Positions 28,569 to 36,520 of a stretch of DNA of 45,324 nt are shown in pieces. Made by a program: the position numbers and the translations under genes. The notes beneath the pieces were generated by a model. The model ran no database searches. It was not told where the DNA came from and was given only the letters and a program-made list of their open reading frames with translations. The stretch is from Xanthobacteraceae bacterium. GTDB taxonomy: Bacteria > Pseudomonadota > Alphaproteobacteria > Rhizobiales > Xanthobacteraceae. Position 1 is the first letter of the stretch, and each line of letters opens with the position of its first letter. The stretch spans positions 1-45,324 of the forward strand of contig DATJTL010000270.1 in assembly GCA_035503415.1 (NCBI GenBank). Reading direction: 5' to 3'.

Positions 28569-29116
28569 TTCGCTGGCTGTTATGGGCTCTCGGAGGGATT
28601 CTGCTCGGCGGCATCGTGCATCTGGCGACCGTGCTGGCGATGCCGCGGGCAGCGACGCAGGACGCCTATTCGAGGCTCGCACCGATCACACCGATCAACG
28701 CCATGGTGGCGCTTCCCGCCCCTACCGCGCAGGCCTCCATCATGCCCTTCATGGACCCGGCTTTCGCGGCGGCGGTATGTCGTTACGATCTTTCCAGCGG
28801 AATCATCAAGCTCAACGCGCCGGTGAGCGAGGCCTACACGTCGGTCACGTTTTATACACGCGAGAGCGTCGCCTATTACGCGATCAACGATCGTGCAGCC
28901 GGACGCCGCGCGATCGAACTCGACCTGATGACGCCGCAGCAGCACGCACAGATTCCCGAAGACGAGGACGTAACCGCCGCCGACCGGCTGATCATCGATT
29001 CGCCGAGCAAAACCGGCCTCATTGTCCTGCGCGCGCTGGCGCCGGAGCCCGGATTGATGCCGATGGCGCGTGCCGCGCTTGCCGGCGCGCAGTGCCGCAT
29101 CGCGCCAGTGCAGTAA
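28565..29116 (+). CDS. DUF1254-like membrane-anchored protein, translationally coupled to the preceding gene
   Basis: The ATG at 28565 overlaps the upstream TGA as ATGA. MIRWLLWALGGILLGGIVHLATVLAMPR is a TM anchor. The track ORF start at 28298 overlaps the previous gene and is rejected. The family assignment is tentative. Confidence 0.65.
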   Translation: MIRWLLWALGGILLGGIVHLATVLAMPRAATQDAYSRLAPITPINAMVALPAPTAQASIMPFMDPAFAAAVCRYDLSSGIIKLNAPVSEAYTSVTFYTRESVAYYAINDRAAGRRAIELDLMTPQQHAQIPEDEDVTAADRLIIDSPSKTGLIVLRALAPEPGLMPMARAALAGAQCRIAPVQ

Positions 29117-29117
29117 G

Positions 29118-29885
29118 TTACCGCGCCGCCGCGACGGGCGCGGCAGCGAACTGCGGCTCGGGTACCAGACTGGCACTGGCGGCGATCTGTTGTTGCAGTT
29201 CGGTAAGCACCCGATCGACGTCGGCGGCCATGCTGTCGGGCTCGGCGACCGCCAGATGCTCGAGCGCGAAACGATAGCTGGCGCAGCGTTCGGTCAGCGA
29301 ATGCTGCACCCAGGCAATGGTCAAAGCATTTTCACCCACGCGCGCCCTCGCACTGAGGCGTTCCGCGGGCGTAAGGTCGGCGACCGCCGCCATGCTCGCC
29401 TCGCGCCGCCGGTCGAGGTCGACGACACGCCGCGCGACCGCAAGGAACGGCCCGATGCGCACGATGTCATTGCGGATGTCGTCCATCAACTGGCTGTAGC
29501 GGCCCGCTGTCGAGCGATGAGAGCTTTCCTTCAAATGCATGTAGTAGGCGGTCGGATCGTCGATCCACAACTCGCGCCGGAACGCGCGATCGAACCCATA
29601 TTCGTAGACGACGGCGTTCCAGCGCTGCCGGTCATAAGGCGGCTCGATCAGTGGAAAGGCGAGATCCCGCAACGTGCGTTCGTCATCGGTGAGATTGTTG
29701 GTCGAAATCGGCGCCCCGGCTTGCCGCGCAGCCTCTTGTCCGACCCAGTCGTGGATGTCATCGCTCACGAGGTCGGGCTGCACCCTGCCGAAATCGCCGA
29801 TACTGGTGCAGCCGGTGAGCGCGAGCAGACCAAGCAGCGCTAGCTTGGCCGGTGCAGTCCTACAGCTTTGCCGGTTGGGCGGCAT
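29118..29885 (-). CDS. Hypothetical lipoprotein
   Basis: 255 aa with a lipobox LLALTGC after a positively charged N-terminus. Good codon bias. No recognisable catalytic motif. Confidence 0.7.
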   Translation of the reverse strand: MPPNRQSCRTAPAKLALLGLLALTGCTSIGDFGRVQPDLVSDDIHDWVGQEAARQAGAPISTNNLTDDERTLRDLAFPLIEPPYDRQRWNAVVYEYGFDRAFRRELWIDDPTAYYMHLKESSHRSTAGRYSQLMDDIRNDIVRIGPFLAVARRVVDLDRRREASMAAVADLTPAERLSARARVGENALTIAWVQHSLTERCASYRFALEHLAVAEPDSMAADVDRVLTELQQQIAASASLVPEPQFAAAPVAAAR

Positions 29886-29900
29886 CGATCGAGCCGCCGT

Positions 29901-30179
29901 CTATCGGCGCCTCATCCGTCGCCGGCCGCCATTGTCCGCCGGCGGACGCGTACGCGGTTCGGCGCTGTCCGCCGGAACCTCGCTATAGCGTTCGATGCGG
30001 ACGACCGGCAGAATGATGATCGTCGCAGACTCGTCGCCTTCCGCGCTGCCGAAGCGCACGATGCGCCCGTCGTCCGGGAATTTGATGACGTTGCCCACCA
30101 GCCACTTTCCTCTGACGGCCGGCGCGGACCCCTCAACCCAGATCCGCTGAAATCGGCGTCGGCGGCGATTAAGCCGCAT
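29901..30179 (-). CDS. Small hypothetical protein with Arg-rich termini (possibly shorter, from the GTG at 30098)
   Basis: 92 aa ORF with gene-like GC3. The core GNVIKFPDDGRIVRFG...TIIILPVVRIERY resembles small conserved alphaproteobacterial proteins (from memory). A GGAAAG RBS precedes the internal GTG at 30098. Confidence 0.4.
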   Translation of the reverse strand: MRLNRRRRRFQRIWVEGSAPAVRGKWLVGNVIKFPDDGRIVRFGSAEGDESATIIILPVVRIERYSEVPADSAEPRTRPPADNGGRRRMRRR

Positions 30180-30265
30180 GCAAGGTTAACGCTCCGCTAA
30201 CGCGCAGAACTTAGGCTCGGAGCCAAATCAACCCCCTGTAACGCACCGCGATCGAGCGACGCACA

Positions 30266-31246
30266 ATGGAAATGCCGAGCCTGTCCGGCCTCGAAGGCCT
30301 CACCGACATCGGATTGCGCGACGGGGTCGACATGCGCCCGACCCTGCTGCGGGTTCTTACCGACCTCTACGTGCAGAAGCTGACGCACACCGCGGACGAA
30401 GAGCGTCATTACACCGAACTCGCCTCGCGGCTTCTCGACTCCGTGGACGTAAAGACGCGCGCCACGATTGCGGCGCGGCTGGCTCATCATCTGTCACCGC
30501 CGGCTCGCGTGATCCAACGTTTGGCGGCCGATTTGCCGGAAGTCGCCGCCGCGCTGCGCGCGGAGCGGCCGACCAAGCCGGATGGCGTAACGGGGCCGGC
30601 CTCCACCTCCGCTGTTCCTGGAGAGGCCTCCTTTCCTGAACCGGAGCACATCGCCGTGTCGGCCGGGATCGGAGCCGATGTCGCCGGCGAACTCAACGAA
30701 CTGTTTTTTGCCGCCGACGCCAACGAGCGGCGCCTTATCTTGCGCAACCTCGATATTGTCGCGTCCGTTCCAGCCGAGCGATCCGGCGTGGCCCGCGATC
30801 CAACCATCGGCCGGCGGCTGGAAGCGGCTGCGCTCGCCCGCAAGCGTGAAGAATTCGCCCGCGAACTTGCGCGCTCCTTGCGCCTATCGCGGGAGCAGGC
30901 GCAGCGCATTGCCGGCGATGAACTGGGCGAGCCGATCGTGGTGGCTGCCAAGGCGCTGGGAATACCCCGCGATCTCCTCCATCGCATCCTGCTGTTCGTC
31001 AACACGGCCGTCGGCCATTCGGTCGAACGCGTTCACGCGCTGGCGGAACTCTACGATGAGATGAGCCCGCAGGCGGCGTTGGATTTGGTCGCGGTCTGGC
31101 AGGCTCTCAACGCCGGCAAAACCGACCGTGCAGCCGCGGCGCATCGGCCGTTTTTGGCCGACGACGAGCAATGCGCGCAGCCGCCTGCGGACGCCCAGCG
31201 TTCGTCGCTCCAGCCGCAACGGTTCGGGCGCCGCGAGGCTTCCTGA
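30266..31246 (+). CDS. DUF2336-like protein
   Basis: 326 aa with an N-terminal pattern RPTLLRVLTDLYVQK..HTADEERHYTELASRLLD typical of proteins I recall as DUF2336. Helical-repeat character. Confidence 0.7.
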   Translation: MEMPSLSGLEGLTDIGLRDGVDMRPTLLRVLTDLYVQKLTHTADEERHYTELASRLLDSVDVKTRATIAARLAHHLSPPARVIQRLAADLPEVAAALRAERPTKPDGVTGPASTSAVPGEASFPEPEHIAVSAGIGADVAGELNELFFAADANERRLILRNLDIVASVPAERSGVARDPTIGRRLEAAALARKREEFARELARSLRLSREQAQRIAGDELGEPIVVAAKALGIPRDLLHRILLFVNTAVGHSVERVHALAELYDEMSPQAALDLVAVWQALNAGKTDRAAAAHRPFLADDEQCAQPPADAQRSSLQPQRFGRREAS

Positions 31247-31258
31247 AACAGCGGTGCA

Positions 31259-31606
31259 TCAGCCGGCCACTACGTCAAGAAGATTCCGTCCGGCGCGGTC
31301 CTCCACCTCGACGATCCAGATATCGGGATCGAATTTGATCTCGCGGGCGAGATAGGCCTCGACATTCACGTCCGGCGCGGGCTGCGCGGCAAGACTGGCG
31401 CTGAATGCGCGGTCAGCTTCGACAACGGCGTCGAATGCACTTTGCGGCGCCGGCCCGAAGAGGTCCGATGTGCCGTCGAGCCGGCTCACGCGCACGAACA
31501 CCGCGCCAGCTTCCTCGGCGCCGCGCCTGCGCAGGACCGCGGGCATACCCTCGATCTGACAGCGGCGCAGATAGGCGGCGACCCACACTGCGGATTTAAG
31601 GCGCAT
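31259..31606 (-). CDS. DUF1491-like protein
   Basis: MRLKSAVWVAAYLRRCQIEGMPAVLRRRGAEEAGAVFVRV.. matches my recollection of DUF1491. An alternative upstream start lies at 31618. Confidence 0.7.
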   Translation of the reverse strand: MRLKSAVWVAAYLRRCQIEGMPAVLRRRGAEEAGAVFVRVSRLDGTSDLFGPAPQSAFDAVVEADRAFSASLAAQPAPDVNVEAYLAREIKFDPDIWIVEVEDRAGRNLLDVVAG

Positions 31607-31745
31607 GTCCGCCCTCACAGAAGAAAAATTCAGGCAGAGCGGATGTGAATCGCTGCGACGCCCAGTGTCTCAATTCCGAAGTTCGCCCGATTGTCCGGCG
31701 CACATGCTTGAGAATTTGGAGATCAGACTAACGCAAATCCGCGCA

Positions 31746-32288
31746 TCACTCCAGCGGATGGCCGGCCATCACCGCAAGCTCATTCATAAGACGGTCGGAG
31801 ACTGTGCCGTCGACCGGCAAGTTATGCTCGCGCTCAAATCTTTCGATCGCCTCGGTGGTCGGCCGATCGAGGACGCCCGTCTGTCTGATTTGACCATAGC
31901 CGTAATCGGACAGCACCCGCTGCACTTTCATGATGCGGGAAGACATGTTGATGAGTTGACCAATCGGATCGTTACGCGGCGCGGCAACGCCGGGCGGCAC
32001 GCGCGTCGGTTCAGCCGCATGCGGTGGCGGCGACGGGAGCGGCGGGAGCGGCATAATGGCGGCGGGCGGAAGGAGCGGCGCATTGGCGAGAAACGGCGCC
32101 GAGCGCGAACCGGACTGCAGAATGACCGCATTGACGACGATGGTCAGGCTCGCGGCAACGGCAACGACGATGGCAACCGAATCGACCGGACGGCGCGCGG
32201 CCCTCGCCCATACGAGCCACAGCAGCGAGCCGGCGAGGCTTGCAGCGCCGAGCGCTATTCCACGATGATCGTTGCGGCGCTTACGCAC
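31746..32288 (-). CDS. Membrane-anchored peptidoglycan-binding (PG_binding_1) domain protein
   Basis: 180 aa with an N-terminal TM, a Pro-rich linker and a C-terminal VQRVLSDYGYGQIRQTGVLDRPTTEAIERFEREHNLPVDG PG-binding repeat. The GTG start overlaps the end of the upstream kinase gene by 8 nt. Confidence 0.75.
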   Translation of the reverse strand: MRKRRNDHRGIALGAASLAGSLLWLVWARAARRPVDSVAIVVAVAASLTIVVNAVILQSGSRSAPFLANAPLLPPAAIMPLPPLPSPPPHAAEPTRVPPGVAAPRNDPIGQLINMSSRIMKVQRVLSDYGYGQIRQTGVLDRPTTEAIERFEREHNLPVDGTVSDRLMNELAVMAGHPLE

Positions 32289-34191
32289 TTTTCTTCACCA
32301 GGATTTTGATGTCACGGCTCAGTGGCGGGCTATCGCGGTCGGCGAACGGATCGGGCAAGCGGGCCGCGCCATGGTGCACCGCCGGCACGACGATGTTGTT
32401 GGTGGCGGGCGCCACGCCTGCCTGCTCCGATGCGGACGATTGCTGCATCCGCCGCACCTGCTCGCAATCGAGCGGCAGGCGCACTGCGACACGGGTGCCC
32501 TCACCGATGCGGCTGCGGATCGACAATTGGCCGCCATGCAACCGTACCAGGCCTTTGACGATGGAAAGCCCAAGTCCGGTCCCGCCACGGCGGCGATCGT
32601 AGGAGGCGCGCGCCTGGAAATAGGGCTGGCCGACCTGCGCCAGATCCTCCTCGCTCATGCCGATGCCGTCGTCGTCAACGGTGAAGATGATGGCACCGGC
32701 CTCGCTGCGCGCGCCGATAACAACCTTGCCGCCGCGGTCGCTGAAGCGGACGGCATTCGACAGAAGATTGAGCAGAATTTGATTGAGCGCGCGCCTATCC
32801 GCTATCATCTCCGGCAGATCATCGTCCACCGACTTTTCAAGGCGAATGCCAGCCTCGCGGGCGCGCAGCGCCACCAGTTCACAGCAGCCGGCGACGACCT
32901 GCGCCGGCGCGAAGGGCTCCGCCGTGATCTCGAAATTGTCGGTTTCGATTTTCGACATGTCGAGGATACCGTTGACTACCGACAGCAGGTGATGCCCGGA
33001 ATCCCTGATCAGGCTCGCGTATTCGCCGCGGCGCTTTGGATCGAGCACCAGCACTTGCTCCTTCATCAGCATTTCCGAAAAGCCGATGATGGCATTAAGC
33101 GGCGTGCGTAATTCGTGGCTCATGGTGGCGAGGAAACGGGTCTTGCTGGCATTAGCGCGCTCAGCTTCGACGCGCGCCTCCTCCAGCGCCTGTTCGTGCT
33201 GTTTGCGGCGGCTCACGTCGCGCAAAACTGCGACCACTTCGCGGCGATCCGTGACGCCCGCGTCGGCAGGCGCCCGTTCGAGCGGCCGGCAACGCATCTC
33301 GATCCACACGAACTGCGCCGCGTTCACCCCTTCGTCATCCGCACATTCGCGGCGAACGCGGAACTCAACGGAGCGGCTTTCTGCCAAAGCCGCAGCATCA
33401 CCGAGCGCGGTGAGATAAGCCGGCCGATCGGCAACGTGGACGCGCTCGAACAAGCCGTGTCCATGCAATACGCCGACCGGAACGCCAAACAGCGTCTCAC
33501 CTGCCGGCGACATGAATACGACGGCGCCATCGCGACCATGCCGCGTGATCACATCGGTCATGGTGCGCGCCAACAAACGATAACGGTCCTCTTCAGCGTA
33601 GAGCAGCCAGAAGCTGGTGCGCGCCAGCGCCTCGGCGCCGAGCGCGAGACCGGTGGCGTAAAGCGCCGCCGAGACGATGCCCAAGGCGGCGAGCGCGGCC
33701 TGCCCGCCCGCCACCGGCGTCGGCAGCAGATGCGCGGTACCGAGAAGCACCAGAAGGCCGGCGGCGGCGAGCGCCAAGGTCGAGGCAGTAGCGACGACGC
33801 GGCGCGATGCCGAGAGCGAGGCCTCGAGTGGCACGACCACAAGCCAGATCGCGGCAAATGAATCGATCCCGCCGGTAGCCGCCGCCACCACGGTCACGAG
33901 CCCGGTCAGCGCCAGCGAGGAGAGCACGTGCGCGCTCTCGTAACGCCCGGTGCGCGACAGAAAATAGGCGGTCAAGATCGGCGCGACGAGCCAGGCGAAC
34001 ACCAAGAGTTCGATCCCACTCGGCGTACCGCGGGCGATCAGATAGAGCGGAAACGAAGCGATCGCCGCAATGCCGCCGATAAGCCGCGGCGCGATGAAGG
34101 CGCGGTGACGCGCCGCGGCCAGCGCGTCGCCGAACACCGACGGGTGAACCAGCGTTGCGACATAATCGCGGATCGGTGCGAAGACACCCAC
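32281..34191 (-). CDS. Polytopic membrane PAS-domain sensor histidine kinase (HisKA plus HATPase_c)
   Basis: 636 aa from a GTG start, with about 5-6 N-terminal TM helices and a PAS-like segment. H-box SHELRTPLNAIIGFSEML, then LLNLLSNAVRF, DDGIGM and GTGLGLSIV. Confidence 0.9.
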   Translation of the reverse strand: MGVFAPIRDYVATLVHPSVFGDALAAARHRAFIAPRLIGGIAAIASFPLYLIARGTPSGIELLVFAWLVAPILTAYFLSRTGRYESAHVLSSLALTGLVTVVAAATGGIDSFAAIWLVVVPLEASLSASRRVVATASTLALAAAGLLVLLGTAHLLPTPVAGGQAALAALGIVSAALYATGLALGAEALARTSFWLLYAEEDRYRLLARTMTDVITRHGRDGAVVFMSPAGETLFGVPVGVLHGHGLFERVHVADRPAYLTALGDAAALAESRSVEFRVRRECADDEGVNAAQFVWIEMRCRPLERAPADAGVTDRREVVAVLRDVSRRKQHEQALEEARVEAERANASKTRFLATMSHELRTPLNAIIGFSEMLMKEQVLVLDPKRRGEYASLIRDSGHHLLSVVNGILDMSKIETDNFEITAEPFAPAQVVAGCCELVALRAREAGIRLEKSVDDDLPEMIADRRALNQILLNLLSNAVRFSDRGGKVVIGARSEAGAIIFTVDDDGIGMSEEDLAQVGQPYFQARASYDRRRGGTGLGLSIVKGLVRLHGGQLSIRSRIGEGTRVAVRLPLDCEQVRRMQQSSASEQAGVAPATNNIVVPAVHHGAARLPDPFADRDSPPLSRDIKILVKKSA

Positions 34192-34457
34192 GTTCCCTGT
34201 GCACGTCCGGCCTGCAGACGCGCTCCCCTTTTTGTGAAGCGGGATCGTGTCAGACGCCGCTTAAGCGAACACTAAGGACGCCGCCATCGAGGGAGCGGCT
34301 GCGGCCATGGGCCGCCTTGGCGTGCATCACTGCGGCGAATTCATTCGACATGGTGAATCGGCCGTTGCCGCCCGCACCAGGTATTCTTTGCGACAAAGCC
34401 GGATGCGGTCGCAGCGCCGGATTCAAAACGATAGGTAGCGCGCGAATTGTCGTTCCA

Positions 34458-34522
34458 TGGCTTTCGCTCAAAATTGGCATTCGCTCAAACTGGCATTCGC
34501 TTAAACTGGCATTCGCTCAAAT
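34458..34522. repeat. Four tandem direct repeats of a 16-17 bp unit (consensus TGGCATTCGCTCAAAC)
   Basis: Units read directly: tggctttcgctcaaaat (34458-34474), tggcattcgctcaaac (34475-34490), tggcattcgcttaaac (34491-34506), tggcattcgctcaaat (34507-34522). The period is not a multiple of 3. An AT-rich tract follows immediately, at 34523-34600. Confidence 0.9.
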
Positions 34523-34692
34523 TTTAGGTAAATAAATTTTAGTCTCAATTTTTATCAAATTGCTCGAAAATTTGCGGCGTATTCTCTTCAATTATGGGCA
34601 AAAACAATCCCACCCAACGAACGCAGCTTTCAGCGCTGCCTGCTAGCTTGCCCCGTGCTACGGTAGCTTTTGCCGCGGGGAATACGGGACTC

Positions 34693-35115
34693 ATGTTCTT
34701 CCTGTTGCGAATGGCGTTCTGGCTCAGCGTCGTGCTGATCCTGTTGCCGAGCGGCGGCGCGCAGCGCAGCCCTTCGACAAACGCAGTCGGCGCGGCGGAC
34801 GCGCTCTCGGCGGCGACGGAAACCGTGCATGACCTGCGCGGGTTCTGCGCACGCGAGCCGAACGCATGCACGGTGGGATCGGAACTCGCCACCACAATCG
34901 GCTATCGGGCGCGGGCCGGCGCCAAGATGGTTTATGATCTCCTTACCGAGGCCCTAGCGCCGCAGGATACCGGCTCACTCCCCGGCGGCGGCGCTCGATC
35001 CGAACCCGCGAAGCTCTCATTGCGTCAAGCGTCGCAGAACACGCTTACTCCGGCGGACCTTGAGCCCGTCTGGCGCGGTCCGTCGCCACACAGGGTTGCA
35101 GGCCATCCGGCATAG
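34693..35115 (+). CDS. DUF5330-like small membrane/exported protein
   Basis: MFFLLRMAFWLSVVLILLPSGG.. N-terminus as I recall for DUF5330, and a conserved Cys pair (FCAREPNAC). The longest ORF starts at 34594 inside the AT-rich tract; I prefer 34693. Confidence 0.68.
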   Translation: MFFLLRMAFWLSVVLILLPSGGAQRSPSTNAVGAADALSAATETVHDLRGFCAREPNACTVGSELATTIGYRARAGAKMVYDLLTEALAPQDTGSLPGGGARSEPAKLSLRQASQNTLTPADLEPVWRGPSPHRVAGHPA

Positions 35116-35174
35116 TAGAAGGCGTAATCCCCTCCGGCCGCGCCAACCACGCGCACCGGGAGATACGCGGAACA

Positions 35175-35202
35175 TCGACCACGGCCGCACCACGCCCTAT
35201 AT
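35175..35202 (+). promoter_or_regulatory. Candidate sigma-70-type promoter for sufE (TCGACC-N16-CTATAT)
   Basis: -35-like tcgacc at 35175-35180 and -10 ctatat at 35197-35202 (the alphaproteobacterial -10 consensus is CTATAT), about 28 nt upstream of the sufE ATG. Sequence match only. Confidence 0.3.
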
Positions 35203-35229
35203 AAGGGCAGGACGCGGGATATGTGAGCG

Positions 35230-35664
35230 ATGCCTGGCATTGACGAGATCGTCGACAATTTTTCGGTCCTGGACGATTGGGACGATCGCTATCGCTATTT
35301 GATCGAGCTCGGGCGGCAACTGCCGCCGCTGGCGCAATCTGCCTATACGGAGGCCAATAAGGTTCAGGGGTGCGCAAGCCAGGTCTGGCTCGAAACCGAC
35401 GTCCGTCCAAACGGCGCCTCGGGGCCCGTCCTCACCTTTATCGGCGACAGTGACGCTCATATCGTGCGCGGACTGATAGCGATCCTGCTCACGCTGTTTT
35501 CGGGCAGGGCCGCGAAGGACATTCTCGACACCGACGCACTCGCGGTGTTCGAAAAAATCGGTCTGCGCGAGCATCTGACGCCGCAGCGTTCGAACGGCTT
35601 TCGCTCGATGGTCGAACGCATTCGCTCGGAGGCGCGCACGGCGCTGGCTACCGCCGCTGTCTGA
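35230..35664 (+). CDS. sufE: Cysteine desulfuration protein SufE family
   Basis: 144 aa: IVDNFSVLDDWDDRYRYLIELGRQLP..KVQGCASQVWL (active-site Cys context), then ..GDSDAHIVRGL.. Confidence 0.88.
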   Translation: MPGIDEIVDNFSVLDDWDDRYRYLIELGRQLPPLAQSAYTEANKVQGCASQVWLETDVRPNGASGPVLTFIGDSDAHIVRGLIAILLTLFSGRAAKDILDTDALAVFEKIGLREHLTPQRSNGFRSMVERIRSEARTALATAAV

Positions 35665-35727
35665 AGCGTCCCGATTGCGCGCATTAAGCACGTGTCGCGT
35701 CTAAATGCTGTGGACGGCTCGCCCGCG

Positions 35728-36144
35728 CTATTTGCGGCGGCGGCGCTGCTGGCCGAGCCCCATCTGCTTGGCGAGTTGCGAGCGAGCGGCCGCATAGGCG
35801 GGCGCCACCATCGGATAGTCGGCCGGCAGCGCCCATTTCTCGCGATATTGCTCTGGCGTCATGTCGTACTGGGTGCGCAGATGACGCTTAAGCGACTTGA
35901 ATTTCTTGCCGTCTTCCAGACAGACGATGAAGTCGGAATTGATCGAACGCTTCACCGGCACGGCAGGCTTGGCGGGCTCGGCCGGAGGCGTTGCCTGACC
36001 GCCCGAGACACGCCTGAGCGCGGCGTGCACCTGACCGATAAGATTGGCAATTTCGCCGCTCGGCACGGTATTGTTGCCGACATAGGCGGAAACGATTTGC
36101 GCGGTCAGCTCGATGTAGCTGCTCTCGCCTGGATTATCGGCCAT
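35728..36144 (-). CDS. mucR: MucR/Ros-family zinc-finger transcriptional regulator
   Basis: The start at ATG 36144 gives [25 protein letters not shown].., followed by the Ros/MucR zinc-finger region [47 protein letters not shown]. Confidence 0.9.
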   Translation of the reverse strand: MADNPGESSYIELTAQIVSAYVGNNTVPSGEIANLIGQVHAALRRVSGGQATPPAEPAKPAVPVKRSINSDFIVCLEDGKKFKSLKRHLRTQYDMTPEQYREKWALPADYPMVAPAYAAARSQLAKQMGLGQQRRRRK

Positions 36145-36223
36145 GGGCTGTTTGCCCTTTTTCGCTCGCCGCGCCGCCGCCGGCTGTGTCACGCATCGCT
36201 ACGAAATCTATGCGCGTGCCGAC

Positions 36224-36252
36224 TCTATACTACACCTAAAAAATAGAAGCAA
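36224..36252 (-). promoter_or_regulatory. Candidate sigma-70-type promoter for mucR (TTGCTT-N17-TATAGA on the minus strand)
   Basis: Read on the minus strand: TTGCTT (36252-36247), 17 nt spacer, TATAGA (36229-36224), about 80 nt upstream of the mucR ATG and inside an AT-rich tract. Sequence match only. Confidence 0.3.
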
Positions 36253-36430
36253 TAAAACCGGGGACGAAGCCCACCGACTTACACTCAAGACTGTTGGCTA
36301 TACAGAATAGTGCACCAAAATCGCCGGCGATGGCGGCCGAAGCCGGCGACAGCCGGCGGTTGTTAACGACATATGCACTGGATTTTTCGCGCTTGCGCTT
36401 GAGTCTCCGGTTAGCCGCGGTAGCGTCATC

Positions 36431-36505
36431 TTGGCGACATTTGGCCATGACAATTGGCTAAGGTACTTGGCTAGAACACTTGGCTAAGACACTTGGCATG
36501 AGCTC
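36431..36505. repeat. Six TTGGC-headed direct repeat units with 13 bp periodicity (consensus TTGGCTAAGACAC)
   Basis: ttggcgacat (36431), ttggccatgacaa (36441), ttggctaaggtac (36454), ttggctagaacac (36467), ttggctaagacac (36480), ttggcatgagctc (36493). The array ends 15 nt before the ATG of the small peptide gene. The period is not a multiple of 3. Confidence 0.9.
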
Positions 36506-36520
36506 AGCAGGGAGGTCTCG

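Noticed and set aside
34250-34480. 76-aa minus-strand ORF in the long intergenic region upstream of the PAS kinase
   Set aside because: It has no RBS, a composition unlike local genes, and it starts inside the first 16-bp repeat unit. I treat it as non-coding.
36236-36448. 70-aa ORF on the minus strand between mucR and the TTGGC array
   Set aside because: By my count its third-position GC is only about 55%, well below neighbouring genes. It has no RBS and no recognisable motif, and it starts inside the repeat array. This is more likely non-coding promoter or leader DNA of mucR.
36494-36509. Sigma-54-type promoter TGGCAT-N5-CAGCA (GG-N10-GC spacing correct) in the last unit of the TTGGC array
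   Set aside because: A start about 12 nt downstream of the GC would fall at the ATG itself, downstream of the good GGGAGG RBS. The -12 element is also weak (CAGCA versus TTGCA). This is probably a chance match created by the TGGCA-like repeat head.
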